64,000 bases of DNA, from contig OZ251464.1 in the NCBI GenBank assembly GCA_965242595.1, positions 1,188,301-1,252,300 of the forward strand, read 5' to 3'. Shown in pieces: positions 24,068-33,449 of the stretch. Under the pieces are notes generated by a model. It was not told the origin of the DNA. It saw nothing but the letters and a program-made list of their open reading frames with translations, and ran no database searches. Position numbers and translations under genes: made by a program. How positions within the stretch are numbered: the stretch's first letter is position 1; each line of letters starts with the position of its first letter. The DNA is from Alphaproteobacteria bacterium. Lineage in GTDB: Bacteria > Pseudomonadota > Alphaproteobacteria > SP197.

Positions 24068-24738
24068 CGCCGCCGCCGGGGCTGGAAGATGTGCTGGGCC
24101 ACGCCTTTCGCGATGCCGGCCTGTGGCAGCGCGCCGTCACCCATCGCAGCGCGGCGCCGGGCGGCGGCCATAGCTACGGGCGCCTGGAATTCCTGGGCGA
24201 CCGGGTGCTGGGCATGGCGGTGGCGGCGATGCTCTATCGCCACTTCCCGACCGAGCGCGAAGGCCGGCTCTCGCAGCGCTATGTCCAGCTGGTGCGCAAG
24301 GAAACCCTGGCCGCCATCGCCCGCGAACTCGCCATCGGCGACCATCTGCGCATGGCGGCAGGCGAGGAACAACGCGGCATCCGCGACAACCCGGCGGTGC
24401 TGGCCGATGTGCTGGAGGCGCTGGTGGCCGCGCTTTATCTCGACGGTGGCCCCGCGCCCGCCTTCGCCTTCGTGGAACGGCACTGGCGCCCGCATATGAC
24501 GGCCCAGCGCGAGCCGCCGCGCGACGCCAAGACCCGGCTGCAGGAATGGGCGCTGGCGCGCGGCCTGCCGCTGCCGTCCTATCGTCTGCTGGCCCGCAGC
24601 GGCCCGGACCACGCCCCCACCATCGCCGTGGCGGCCAGCGTCGAGGGCCTGGCGCGCCAGGAGGCCAGCGGCCCGTCGCGGCGCGCGGCCGAACAGGAAG
24701 CGGCCAGAAAGCTGCTGGAGAAGGCGGGGGTGCCGTGA
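24064..24738 (+). CDS. rnc: ribonuclease III
   Basis: RNase III signature ERLEFLGDRVLG, a catalytic domain, then a dsRBD (...AKTRLQEWAL...EQEAARKLLE). The ATG overlaps the GNAT stop. Confidence 0.9.
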   Translation: MTPPPGLEDVLGHAFRDAGLWQRAVTHRSAAPGGGHSYGRLEFLGDRVLGMAVAAMLYRHFPTEREGRLSQRYVQLVRKETLAAIARELAIGDHLRMAAGEEQRGIRDNPAVLADVLEALVAALYLDGGPAPAFAFVERHWRPHMTAQREPPRDAKTRLQEWALARGLPLPSYRLLARSGPDHAPTIAVAASVEGLARQEASGPSRRAAEQEAARKLLEKAGVP

Positions 24739-25637
24739 GCGGCGCGGAAAGCCGCTGCGGCACCATCGCCGTCATGGGGCCGCCCAATGTCGGCAAATCG
24801 ACCCTGGTCAACGCCATGGTGGGCGCCAAGGTCTCCATCGTCACCCACAAGGTGCAGACCACGCGCGGGCGCGTCACCGGCATCCGCACCATCGGCGCCG
24901 ACCAGCTGGTTTTCATCGACACCGCCGGCATCTTCCAGCCCAGAAGGCGGCTGGAGCGGGCGGCGGTGGAGGCCGCCTGGGCCGGCGCCGAAGGCTCGGA
25001 TCTGCGCCTGCTGCTGGTGGATGCGGCCCGCGGCCTGCGCGGCCTGGCCCATGTCGCCGACCGTCTGCAACGGCGGCGCCAGAGCGCGCTGGTCGCCGTC
25101 AACAAGATCGACAAGGTCGCCAGGCGGACGCTGCTGCCGCTGGCCCGCGCCCTGGCCGATACCGGCATCGCCCGGGACATCTTCTATGTTTCGGCCACCG
25201 GCGGCGACGGCGTGGGCGAGCTGGTGGAACAGCTGCGCGCCCGCCTGCCGCCGGGGCCATGGCTGTTCCCCGGCGACCGCCCCGGCAACCTGCCGCTGGA
25301 GCGTCTGGCGGCCGAGATCACCCGCGAAAAGCTGTTCCTGCGCGTCCACCAGGAACTGCCCTATGGCCTTTCCGTGGAAACGGAGCTGGTGACCGAGCTG
25401 CCCCAGGATGGCGGGGTCAGGATCGACCAGGTGATCCATGTCGCCAAGGCGGGCCATCGCCCGATCCTGCTGGGCAGCGGCGGGCGCACCGTGAAGGAGG
25501 TGAGCATGGCGGCCCGCAAAGAGCTGGAGGCGATGCTGGGAAGGCGCGTCCATCTCTTCCTCCACGTCAAGGTTTCCACCGGCTGGCAGGACGACCCGGC
25601 GCGCTATGCCGCCATGGGCCTGGATTTTCCGGGCTGA
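24735..25637 (+). CDS. era: GTPase Era
   Basis: G1 GPPNVGKSTL, G3 DTAGI, NKID, and a KH domain at the C-terminus. GTG start overlaps the rnc stop (GTGA). Confidence 0.9.
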   Translation: MSGAESRCGTIAVMGPPNVGKSTLVNAMVGAKVSIVTHKVQTTRGRVTGIRTIGADQLVFIDTAGIFQPRRRLERAAVEAAWAGAEGSDLRLLLVDAARGLRGLAHVADRLQRRRQSALVAVNKIDKVARRTLLPLARALADTGIARDIFYVSATGGDGVGELVEQLRARLPPGPWLFPGDRPGNLPLERLAAEITREKLFLRVHQELPYGLSVETELVTELPQDGGVRIDQVIHVAKAGHRPILLGSGGRTVKEVSMAARKELEAMLGRRVHLFLHVKVSTGWQDDPARYAAMGLDFPG

Positions 25638-25649
25638 GCCGTGCCGCCA

Positions 25650-26413
25650 TGGAGTGGCATGACCGCGCCATCGTGCTGGCCGCCCGCCGCCATGGCGAAG
25701 GCGGCGCCGTTGCCAGCCTGCTGACCCGCGACCACGGGCGCCATGCCGGCCTGGTTCGGGGCGGCGCCGGGCGCCGGCTGCGCCCGGTGCTGCAACCCGG
25801 CAATCTGGTTGCCGTCCGCTGGCGCGCCCGGCTGGCCGAACAGCTGGGCAGCTTCACGCTGGAACAGGAGGCGGCGCCGGCGGCTTCCTTTCTGGACGAT
25901 GCCGACCGGCTGGCCTGCCTTGCCAGCGCCGCCGCCATCGCCGAGAAGGCGCTGCCCGAACGCCACCCCTATCCGGCGCTGTTCGACGGCTTCATGGCGC
26001 TGATCGACGCCCTGGCGCGGGGCGCTGCCTTGTGGCCGGCGGTTTATGTGCGCTGGGAGTTGGGGGTGCTGGAGGCGGTGGGTTTCGGCCTCGACCTCGA
26101 GACCTGCGCGCTGACCGGCGCCCGCACCGGCCTTGCCTATGTTTCGCCGCGCAGCGGCCGCGCCGTCTCGGCCACGGCCGCCGCCGCCTGGCGCGAACGG
26201 CTGCTGCCGCTGCCGGCCTTCCTGACGGGCGGCGAACGGGTGGCACCGGACGACATCCGGGACGGGCTGCTTCTGGCCGGCCATTTCATGGCCCGCCACC
26301 TGTTCGCCGGCGCCGACCTGCCCGCCGCCAGGGAGCGGCTGGCCACCCGCCTGACCCGCGCGGCGACGGGCCATCAGCCGGGGCGTTCGGACTCGCCAGA
26401 GCGCAAGATCTAG
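25650..26413 (+). CDS. recO: DNA repair protein RecO
   Basis: MEWHDRAIVLAARRHGEGGAVASLLTRDHGRHAGLVRGG (OB-fold N-terminus); typical length of 254 aa and the era-recO synteny. Confidence 0.85.
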
Positions 26414-26419
26414 TGGTAT

Positions 26420-28654
26420 ATGCGGCTTATGGCCGCAAATCTGCTCGACACCCCCCGTATCGAACCCGTCGCATTCGCCGATGCGCTGACCCAGCGTTAT
26501 CTCTCCTATGCGATGTCGACCATCACCTCGCGTTCCCTGCCCGATGCCAGGGACGGGTTGAAGCCGGTCCATCGCCGCCTGCTTTATGCCATGCGTCAGC
26601 TGCGGCTGGACCCGCGCCAGGGCTTCAAGAAATCCGCCCGCGTGGTGGGCGATACCATCGGCAAATACCACCCCCATGGCGATCAGGCGATCTACGACGC
26701 CTTGGTGCGGCTGGCGCAGGGCTTCGCCGCTCGCTATCCCCTGGTGGATGGCCAGGGCAATTTCGGCAATGTCGATGGCGATAACGCCGCCGCCATGCGC
26801 TATACCGAGGCGCGGCTGACCGATGTCGCCATGGCGCTGCTGGAAGGGATCGACGACGACGCGGTGGACTTTCGCGCCACCTATGACGGCTCCGAGACGG
26901 AACCGGCGGTGCTGCCGGCCCGCTTTCCCAATCTGCTGGCCAACGGCGCCAGCGGCATCGCCGTCGGCATGGCGACCAGCATCCCGCCCCACAATGCGGA
27001 CGAGCTGTGCCGGGCGCTGATTCATGTGCTGGAACGCCCGCGCGCCAGCGTCGAGACGCTGACCGGCTTCATCCCCGGCCCCGACTTTCCCACCGGCGGC
27101 GAACTGGTGGAGGCGCCGGACGCTATCGCCGAGGCCTATGCTTCGGGCCGCGGCGCCTTCCGCCTGCGCGCCCGCTGGGCCAGCGAGGAGAGCGGGCGCG
27201 GCACCTGGCGCATCGTCGTGGGCGAAATCCCCTACCAGGTGCAGAAATCGAAGCTGGTGGAGAGGATCGCGCAGCTGATCGAGGGCCGCCGGCTGCCGCT
27301 GCTGGAGAGCGTGACGGACGAATCGGCCGAAGACATCCGCCTGGTGCTGACCCCGAAGAGCCGCAGCGTCGATGCCGCCGTGCTGATGGAATCCCTGTTC
27401 CGGGCCACCGATCTGGAAACGCGCGTCCCGCTCAACATGAACCTGCTGGATGCCGCCGGCGTGCCGCGGGTGATGAACCTGCGCGAGACCTTGCAGGCCT
27501 TCATCGACCATCGGCTGGAGGTGCTGTTGCGCCGCTCGCGCCACCGCCTGGCGAAGATCGACCGGCGGCTGGAGGTGCTGGAAGGCTATCTGGTGGCCTA
27601 TCTCAACCTGGACGACGTCATCCGCACGATCCGCGAGGAGGACGAGGCGAAGGCGGCGTTGATGCGGCGCTTCGGCCTCAGCGAAGTTCAGGCCGAGGCC
27701 ATCCTCAATATGCGTCTGCGCGCCCTGCGGCGGCTGGAGGAGATCGAGATCGCCCGCGAAAAGGAGGCGCTGACCGGCGAGCGGGCCACCATCGCGGCGC
27801 TGCTTGCCAGCGAGGCGAAGCAGAAGACGGCGCTGAAGCGCGAATTCCGCGACATCCGCGCCAGATTTGGGGCCAACAGCGAAGGCGGGCGCCGGCGCAC
27901 GACGGTGGGCAGCCCGCCGCCGGCGCTGGAGATGCCGGCCATCGCCACCGTTCCACGCGAGGCGGTGACGGTGACGCTTTCGGCCAAGGGCTGGGTGCGG
28001 GCCGGGCGCGGCCATGGCGAACAGGCGGGCAGCCTGCGCTATAAGGAGGGCGACCGCGAGCGTTTCCGCATCGAAGCCTGGACCACCGACCGCCTGCTGC
28101 TGTTCGCCAGCGACGGGCGCTTTTACACCCTGGGCTGCGAGCGGCTGCCCGGCGGGCGCGGCTATGGCGACCCGCTGCGGCTGATGGTGGATCTCGGCAA
28201 TGACACCGATATCGTCTGGATGGCCGTTTTCCAGGGCGGGCGCCGTCTGCTGGTGGCCTCCAGCGAGGGCCGCGGCTTTCTGGTGCCGGAAGACGCCGTG
28301 GCCGCCCAGACGCGGGCCGGCAAACAGGTGCTGAACCTGCCGCCGGGCGTGGAGGCCGCCGCCGCCTGCATCGCCGATGGCGACCATGTGGCGTCGGTGG
28401 CCAGCAATCGCCGTCTGCTGGCCTTTCCGCTTGCGGAACTGCCGGAGATGACCAGGGGGCGCGGCGTGATCCTGCAACGCTTCGGCGAGGGCACGCTTTC
28501 GGATGTCACCGTTTTCGCGCTGGCCGACGGCCTTTCCTGGCAGACAGGCAGCCGCCGGCGCCGGCTGGAGCGGCTGGGAGGCTGGCTGGGCAAGCGCGGC
28601 CAGCCCGGCCGGGCGGTGCCGCCCGGCTTTGCCAGCAACAAACGTTTTGGGTGA
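26420..28654 (+). CDS. parC: DNA topoisomerase IV subunit A
   Basis: [29 protein letters not shown] ... catalytic Tyr region [10 protein letters not shown]; 744 aa and the recO-adjacent synteny favour ParC over GyrA. Confidence 0.88.
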   Translation: MRLMAANLLDTPRIEPVAFADALTQRYLSYAMSTITSRSLPDARDGLKPVHRRLLYAMRQLRLDPRQGFKKSARVVGDTIGKYHPHGDQAIYDALVRLAQGFAARYPLVDGQGNFGNVDGDNAAAMRYTEARLTDVAMALLEGIDDDAVDFRATYDGSETEPAVLPARFPNLLANGASGIAVGMATSIPPHNADELCRALIHVLERPRASVETLTGFIPGPDFPTGGELVEAPDAIAEAYASGRGAFRLRARWASEESGRGTWRIVVGEIPYQVQKSKLVERIAQLIEGRRLPLLESVTDESAEDIRLVLTPKSRSVDAAVLMESLFRATDLETRVPLNMNLLDAAGVPRVMNLRETLQAFIDHRLEVLLRRSRHRLAKIDRRLEVLEGYLVAYLNLDDVIRTIREEDEAKAALMRRFGLSEVQAEAILNMRLRALRRLEEIEIAREKEALTGERATIAALLASEAKQKTALKREFRDIRARFGANSEGGRRRTTVGSPPPALEMPAIATVPREAVTVTLSAKGWVRAGRGHGEQAGSLRYKEGDRERFRIEAWTTDRLLLFASDGRFYTLGCERLPGGRGYGDPLRLMVDLGNDTDIVWMAVFQGGRRLLVASSEGRGFLVPEDAVAAQTRAGKQVLNLPPGVEAAAACIADGDHVASVASNRRLLAFPLAELPEMTRGRGVILQRFGEGTLSDVTVFALADGLSWQTGSRRRRLERLGGWLGKRGQPGRAVPPGFASNKRFG

Positions 28655-28727
28655 GGGCAGAGCGACGAGGTGAAGTGCGCCGCAATTCCCGCTCTGCACT
28701 AACCTTGATCTGAATAGGTCATGGAAT

Positions 28728-28967
28728 TCACTCCACGCTTTCTCGGTTATCGGGGGCGAGGAGTTCTCGCTTGACCTGCTCCCAATCCAGGAATGGGTCA
28801 TCGGGATCGCCGAGCCGTTCGGTGGCCACCGCGAGGTCTTCCAGATCTTCGAGATAATGTTCGAGCGCCTGGCGGACGATCTCCGCCCGGCTGCGCCTGA
28901 GCCGGGCCGCCGTCACACCCAGTGCTTCGGCAAGCCCATCCGGCAAGCGCGCAGTGACCTGGCTCAT
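28728..28967 (-). CDS. ribbon-helix-helix (CopG/RelB-like) antitoxin-type DNA-binding protein, no toxin partner
   Basis: 79 aa; N-terminal RHH (VTARLPDGLAEALGVTAARLRRSRAEIVRQALEHYLE) and an acidic C-terminal tail (DPDDPFLDWEQV). No adjacent toxin ORF on either side. Confidence 0.6.
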   Translation of the reverse strand: MSQVTARLPDGLAEALGVTAARLRRSRAEIVRQALEHYLEDLEDLAVATERLGDPDDPFLDWEQVKRELLAPDNRESVE

Positions 28968-29041
28968 GGCACAACCCCTGTGACGGCGCTTTCAGCCATA
29001 GGGCCGGGGCAGGGCGCCGGTCAATCCGCCCCATTGCTGCC

Positions 29042-29071
29042 CTGGCCACCGTTCCGCTAGGCTGGCCACCG
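29042..29071 (+). promoter_or_regulatory. direct repeat CTGGCCACCG, two copies 20 bp apart, immediately upstream of the nthA RBS
   Basis: CTGGCCACCG at 29042-29051 and 29062-29071; the second copy abuts the SD GGGAGG (29071-29076) before the nthA ATG at 29085. Confidence 0.3.
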
Positions 29072-29084
29072 GGAGGACGCGCCC

Positions 29085-29675
29085 ATGGCGGCACATGCCC
29101 ACGGACGGCCCGAATCGGATCTGGCACTGCGCGTCAAGGCGATCGAGCAGCTCCTGAGCGAGAAGGGGATCGTCGATCCCGCCGCCATCGACCGGCTGGT
29201 GGAACTCTACGAAACCCGCATCGGCCCCCACAACGGCGCCAGGGTGGTGGCCCGGGCCTGGAGCGATTCCGCCTACAAGGCCAGGCTGCTGGAGGACGCC
29301 AGCGCCGCCATCGCCGAGCTGGGCATCTCCGGCATGCAGGGCGAGAACATGGTGGTGGTGGAGAACACGGAAAGCGTCCACAACGTGGTCGTGTGCACGC
29401 TGTGTTCCTGCTACCCCTGGCCGGTGCTGGGCCTGCCGCCGCGCTGGTATAAAAGCCCGCCCTACCGGGCGCGGGTGGTGCGCGAACCGCGCGCGGTGCT
29501 GGCCGAGCTGGGCTGCCCGGTGGCCGATGAGGTGGAGGTCCGGGTGTGGGATTCCAGCGCCGAGATCCGCTACATGGTGCTGCCGCGCCGGCCCCAGAGC
29601 AGCGACGGGCGGCGGGAAGACGAGCTGGCCGCCCTGGTCACCCGCGACGGCATGATCGGCGTCGCGCCGCTGTAG
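29085..29675 (+). CDS. nthA: nitrile hydratase alpha subunit, cobalt-type
   Basis: Metal-binding motif [10 protein letters not shown] (Co-type is CTLCSC; Fe-type is CSLCSCT); 196 aa. Confidence 0.9.
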   Translation: MAAHAHGRPESDLALRVKAIEQLLSEKGIVDPAAIDRLVELYETRIGPHNGARVVARAWSDSAYKARLLEDASAAIAELGISGMQGENMVVVENTESVHNVVVCTLCSCYPWPVLGLPPRWYKSPPYRARVVREPRAVLAELGCPVADEVEVRVWDSSAEIRYMVLPRRPQSSDGRREDELAALVTRDGMIGVAPL

Positions 29676-29685
29676 GGAGGCGTCC

Positions 29686-30357
29686 TTGGACGGCATCCAC
29701 GATCTGGGCGGCATGCACGGCTTCGGCCCCATCGCGCGCGAGGCGGACGCGCCCCTGTTTCACGCCGAATGGGAAAGGCGGGCCTTCGGCATCGCCTTGC
29801 AGGCCGCCGACGGCGTCGGCTTCGGCGACGACCATCTGCGCAGCCATATCGAACGCATCCCGCCGCAGACCTATCTGCGGGCCAGCTATTACGAGCTGTG
29901 GCTGCGCGCCGTCGAGGCCATCCTGACCGAACGCGGCATCCTTTCCGCGCCCGAGATCGCCGCGCGCATGGCGGCCCCGAAGGACCCCGGACACAGGGCG
30001 CCGGGCAGCGGCCCCAGCCTGGACGAGGTCGAAGCGGCCGTCGCGGCCGGGGCCAGCACCAGGCGCCCCGGCGCCCATATTGCGGCGCGCTTTCACATCG
30101 GCCAGGCGGTGCGGGTGAAAAACGACCACCCCGCCCATCACACCCGCGTCCCGCGCTATGTCCGCGCCCGGCGGGGCCAGGTGGTGGCCGGTCACGGCGT
30201 CTTCGTCTTCCCCGACAGCAACGCCCAGGACCGGGGCGAGCAGCCCCAGCACTGCTACACGGTGAAGTTCGCCGCCGAAGAGTTGTGGGGGGCGCAGGCG
30301 CGCGCGGGCGACAGCCTCTGCCTGGACCTGTGGGAGTCCTATCTGGAAGCGGCATGA
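29686..30357 (+). CDS. nthB: nitrile hydratase beta subunit
   Basis: MDGIHDLGGMHGFGPI N-terminus characteristic of NHase beta; 223 aa. Confidence 0.9.
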   Translation: MDGIHDLGGMHGFGPIAREADAPLFHAEWERRAFGIALQAADGVGFGDDHLRSHIERIPPQTYLRASYYELWLRAVEAILTERGILSAPEIAARMAAPKDPGHRAPGSGPSLDEVEAAVAAGASTRRPGAHIAARFHIGQAVRVKNDHPAHHTRVPRYVRARRGQVVAGHGVFVFPDSNAQDRGEQPQHCYTVKFAAEELWGAQARAGDSLCLDLWESYLEAA

Positions 30358-31247
30358 ACGCCCCGCCCTGCCGCCCCACCACCCTGGCGGGCTATCGGCG
30401 GGTTTCGGCGCGCTACACCACGGCTGAGGCCATGCGGCGCGGCCTGGCCTTCCGCCCGCGCCCCAGCGATGTCTTCATCGCCACCTATGCCAAGGCCGGC
30501 ACCACCTGGATGCAGCAGATCGTCCACGGCTTGCGCACATCGGGTGCCATGGATTTCGCCGAAATCACCGAGGCGGTGCCCTGGATCGAGGTGGCCTACG
30601 ATCTCGGCATCGATCCCGGGGCCGAACAGGCCGCCTGGCCACGCGCCTTCAAAACCCATCTCGCCTGGCACGATGTGCCCAAGGGCGGGCGCTATATCGT
30701 TGTCTTTCGCGATCCGCAGGCGGTGGCGGTCTCGCTTTACCGGTTTCTGGCGGGTTGGATGTTCGATCCCGAAGGCATTTCCCTCGCCACCTTCCTGCGC
30801 CAGGAATTCGCCGCCGGTGGCGCGGGCGACGATTACTGGCGCAACACGCTTTCCTGGTGGCAGGTGCGCGGGCGCCAGGATGTTCTGCCCCTGATCTACG
30901 AGGATATGGATGCCCGCCTGCCGCAGGTGGTGGCGCGGGTGGCCCGCTTCATCGGCCTTGGCCCGTCGCCCCAGGTGCTGGAGATCGCCACCCGCCAGGC
31001 GCGCTTCGATTTCATGAAGGCCCATGCCGGCCGCTTCGACGACAACCTGCTGCGCCGCCACCGCGACCGCGCCGCCAGCCTGCCCGACGACGGCGAATCG
31101 AACAAGGTCGCCAACGGGCGTTCGGGCGAAGAGCGCCTCGGCGACGATCTCCTGCGCCTGCTTGCGCGCTGCTGGCAGGATGGCATCGCCCGCCACGGCG
31201 GCCCGGCCGATTACGCCGCCCTGCGCCGCTCTGTCGCCATGCCCTGA
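30354..31247 (+). CDS. PAPS-dependent sulfotransferase domain protein
   Basis: 5'-PSB-like YAKAGTTWMQQIV and 3'-PB-like VVFRDPQAVAVSLY motifs of cytosolic-type sulfotransferases. The ATG overlaps the nthB stop (ATGA). Confidence 0.7.
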   Translation: MNAPPCRPTTLAGYRRVSARYTTAEAMRRGLAFRPRPSDVFIATYAKAGTTWMQQIVHGLRTSGAMDFAEITEAVPWIEVAYDLGIDPGAEQAAWPRAFKTHLAWHDVPKGGRYIVVFRDPQAVAVSLYRFLAGWMFDPEGISLATFLRQEFAAGGAGDDYWRNTLSWWQVRGRQDVLPLIYEDMDARLPQVVARVARFIGLGPSPQVLEIATRQARFDFMKAHAGRFDDNLLRRHRDRAASLPDDGESNKVANGRSGEERLGDDLLRLLARCWQDGIARHGGPADYAALRRSVAMP

Positions 31248-31373
31248 CGCGGCGGCGCCCTCCGCCCTTGCATTCGCCGGCTGCTTCCTCTCTTATTCGT
31301 CCATTCCAGGGCGGTGCCGAACGCGGGCTTCGGCCCGGCGGCGCCGGGGGGTTCGAACAGGGAGGATGTTGCC

Positions 31374-32462
31374 ATGAAGAGGCGCAAATTTCTCACCGCT
31401 GCCGGTCTGGCGGCAGGCGGGGCGGCCGCTGCCGCCGCATTCCCGAAACCCGCCATTTCCCAGGGGCGCATGAGGCTGACCATGGTCACCTCCTGGGGCC
31501 GCGGCCTGGCCGGTGTGCACGATGCGGCGCAGCGCTGCGCCGACAACATCGTCGCCATGTCGGACGGCATGCTCGATGTCGATCTGAAGGCCGCTGGCGA
31601 GCTGGTGGGCGCCTTCGAATGTTTCGATGCGGTCTCGTCGGGCCAGGCCGACATGTATCACGCCGCCGATTACTATTTCGTCGGCCAGAACCCGGCCTTC
31701 GCCTTCTTCACCTCGCTGCCCTTCGGCATGACGGCGCAGGAACTCAATACCTGGTATTACCACATGGGCGGGCGCGAGCTGCAGGACGAGCTGACCGAGC
31801 TCTTCAATCTGAAGACCTTCGAGGCCGGCAACACCGGTGCCCAGGCCGGCGGCTGGTTCCGCAAGGAAATCCAGGGGCCGGAGGATTTCAACGGCCTCAA
31901 ATTCCGCATGCCGGGCCTGGGCGGCAAGGCGCTGGGCCTGCTGGGCGCTTCGGTGCAGAACCTGCCGGGGGCCGAGGTCTATCAGGCGCTGGCCTCGGGC
32001 GCCATCGACGGCACCGAATGGATCGGCCCCTGGGCCGACGAGAAGGCCGGCTTCTTCGAGATCACCAAGATCTACTACACCTCCGGCTTCCACGAGCCCG
32101 GCCCCGGCCTCTCGCTGGCGGTCAACCGCGAGGTTTTCAACCGCATGTCCGCCTCGCAGCAGAAGATCGTCGAGGCCGCCGCCGCCGAGGCCAATGTCTG
32201 GAATCTGGCGCAGTTCCTCGCCAACAACGGCGCCGCGCTGCAACGGCTGGTCGCCGCCGGCGTCAAAACCATGACCTTCCCCGATTCGGTCTGGGATGCC
32301 TTCGGCCAGGCTGCGCAGCAGGTCTATGACGACAACATGGCCGATCCCATCTTCGCCAGAACCTTCGCCTCCTACCGCGACGCGCTGGCAAAGCTGGCGG
32401 GCTGGGGCGCGCTGTCGGAAGGCGCCTATATGGCCCAGCGCAACCGCGTGCTGGGCATCTGA
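31374..32462 (+). CDS. dctP: TRAP transporter substrate-binding protein (DctP family), TAT signal
   Basis: MKRRKFLTAAGLAAGGAAAAAA twin-arginine signal; DctP-type periplasmic receptor of about 360 aa. SD GGGAGGATG. Confidence 0.8.
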   Translation: MKRRKFLTAAGLAAGGAAAAAAFPKPAISQGRMRLTMVTSWGRGLAGVHDAAQRCADNIVAMSDGMLDVDLKAAGELVGAFECFDAVSSGQADMYHAADYYFVGQNPAFAFFTSLPFGMTAQELNTWYYHMGGRELQDELTELFNLKTFEAGNTGAQAGGWFRKEIQGPEDFNGLKFRMPGLGGKALGLLGASVQNLPGAEVYQALASGAIDGTEWIGPWADEKAGFFEITKIYYTSGFHEPGPGLSLAVNREVFNRMSASQQKIVEAAAAEANVWNLAQFLANNGAALQRLVAAGVKTMTFPDSVWDAFGQAAQQVYDDNMADPIFARTFASYRDALAKLAGWGALSEGAYMAQRNRVLGI

Positions 32463-32537
32463 TCTGCGTGCGGGGGCGCGGGGGCGCGGCGGCGTCCCCG
32501 CCCGCGGCGCCCGCGCGCCATCTCGCGGCCCTGGGCC

Positions 32538-33440
32538 ATGTTCGATCCCGTCCTCTGGCTGGCGCGCCATCTGCTGGGGGGAATCGCCGATCTGGCCACG
32601 CTGCTGGCGCCCGCCTCCTGGCCGGATCCGTCCCGTCCCGAAGGCATCGTGCGCATCGTCCATTACGGCGCCTCGGTCGAGTTGCTGTTCGTCATCGTCG
32701 ATGTCGCGCTGATCCTGCTGGTCGCCGGCCTGTTCTGGCACGCCCTGCTGTGGCGGGTGGTGCGCGTCATCGAGGGCATCGCCAATGTCGTCGGGCGCTG
32801 GGCCGCCTGGGCCGGGCTGGCGATGGTACTGCAGCAGGTGATGATCGTCGCCCTGCAGCGCATCTTCCGCGTCTCCGAGATCACGCTGGGGCCGTTCGGT
32901 CTGGTCTTTACCAAGGATTTGAGCTGGTTCGGCGAGGAGCTGAAGCTCTACAACGCCGCCATCGTCACCCTGTGCGCTGCCTACACCTTCGTCCAGGGCG
33001 GCCATGTGCGGGTCGATCTGTTCTATTCGGCCATGGGCTACCGCGCCCGGCGCCTGGTCGATATGGCCGGTTCGCTGCTGTTCGTGCTGCCGTTCACCGC
33101 CGTCGTCTGGCTGTTCGGCTGGTCCTTCCTGTGGCGCCACCTGGTCACGCCCAAGGTCTCGGCGAGAGATACCCTGGAGACTCTGGAGCGCAAGGCGGCC
33201 GTGCTGCGCTGGAATGTGGAGACCATCGGCTTTTCGCCCAATGGCTTCGATGCCTATTTCCTGTTCAAGGTGCTGCTGCTGGCCTTCGCCGGGCTGATGT
33301 TCCTGCAAGGCCTGGGCTTCTTCTACCGCCGCCTGCTGGAATATCTGGAAGGGCCGGAGGCGGAAGACCGCTTCAGGGATCTGGACGAGGCCCCGGCCAC
33401 CGCCCTGCCGCCCGCCCCGGCATCCACCGATAAGGTTTAG
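32538..33440 (+). CDS. dctQ: TRAP transporter small permease (DctQ family, long form)
   Basis: Multiple transmembrane helices; its position between dctP and dctM. Confidence 0.7.
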   Translation: MFDPVLWLARHLLGGIADLATLLAPASWPDPSRPEGIVRIVHYGASVELLFVIVDVALILLVAGLFWHALLWRVVRVIEGIANVVGRWAAWAGLAMVLQQVMIVALQRIFRVSEITLGPFGLVFTKDLSWFGEELKLYNAAIVTLCAAYTFVQGGHVRVDLFYSAMGYRARRLVDMAGSLLFVLPFTAVVWLFGWSFLWRHLVTPKVSARDTLETLERKAAVLRWNVETIGFSPNGFDAYFLFKVLLLAFAGLMFLQGLGFFYRRLLEYLEGPEAEDRFRDLDEAPATALPPAPASTDKV

Positions 33441-33449
33441 GGGGCGGCG

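Noticed and set aside
25604-28801. Listed 1065-aa minus-strand ORF antisense to recO/parC
   Set aside because: A high-GC shadow ORF. The ParC and RecO motifs are on the plus strand.
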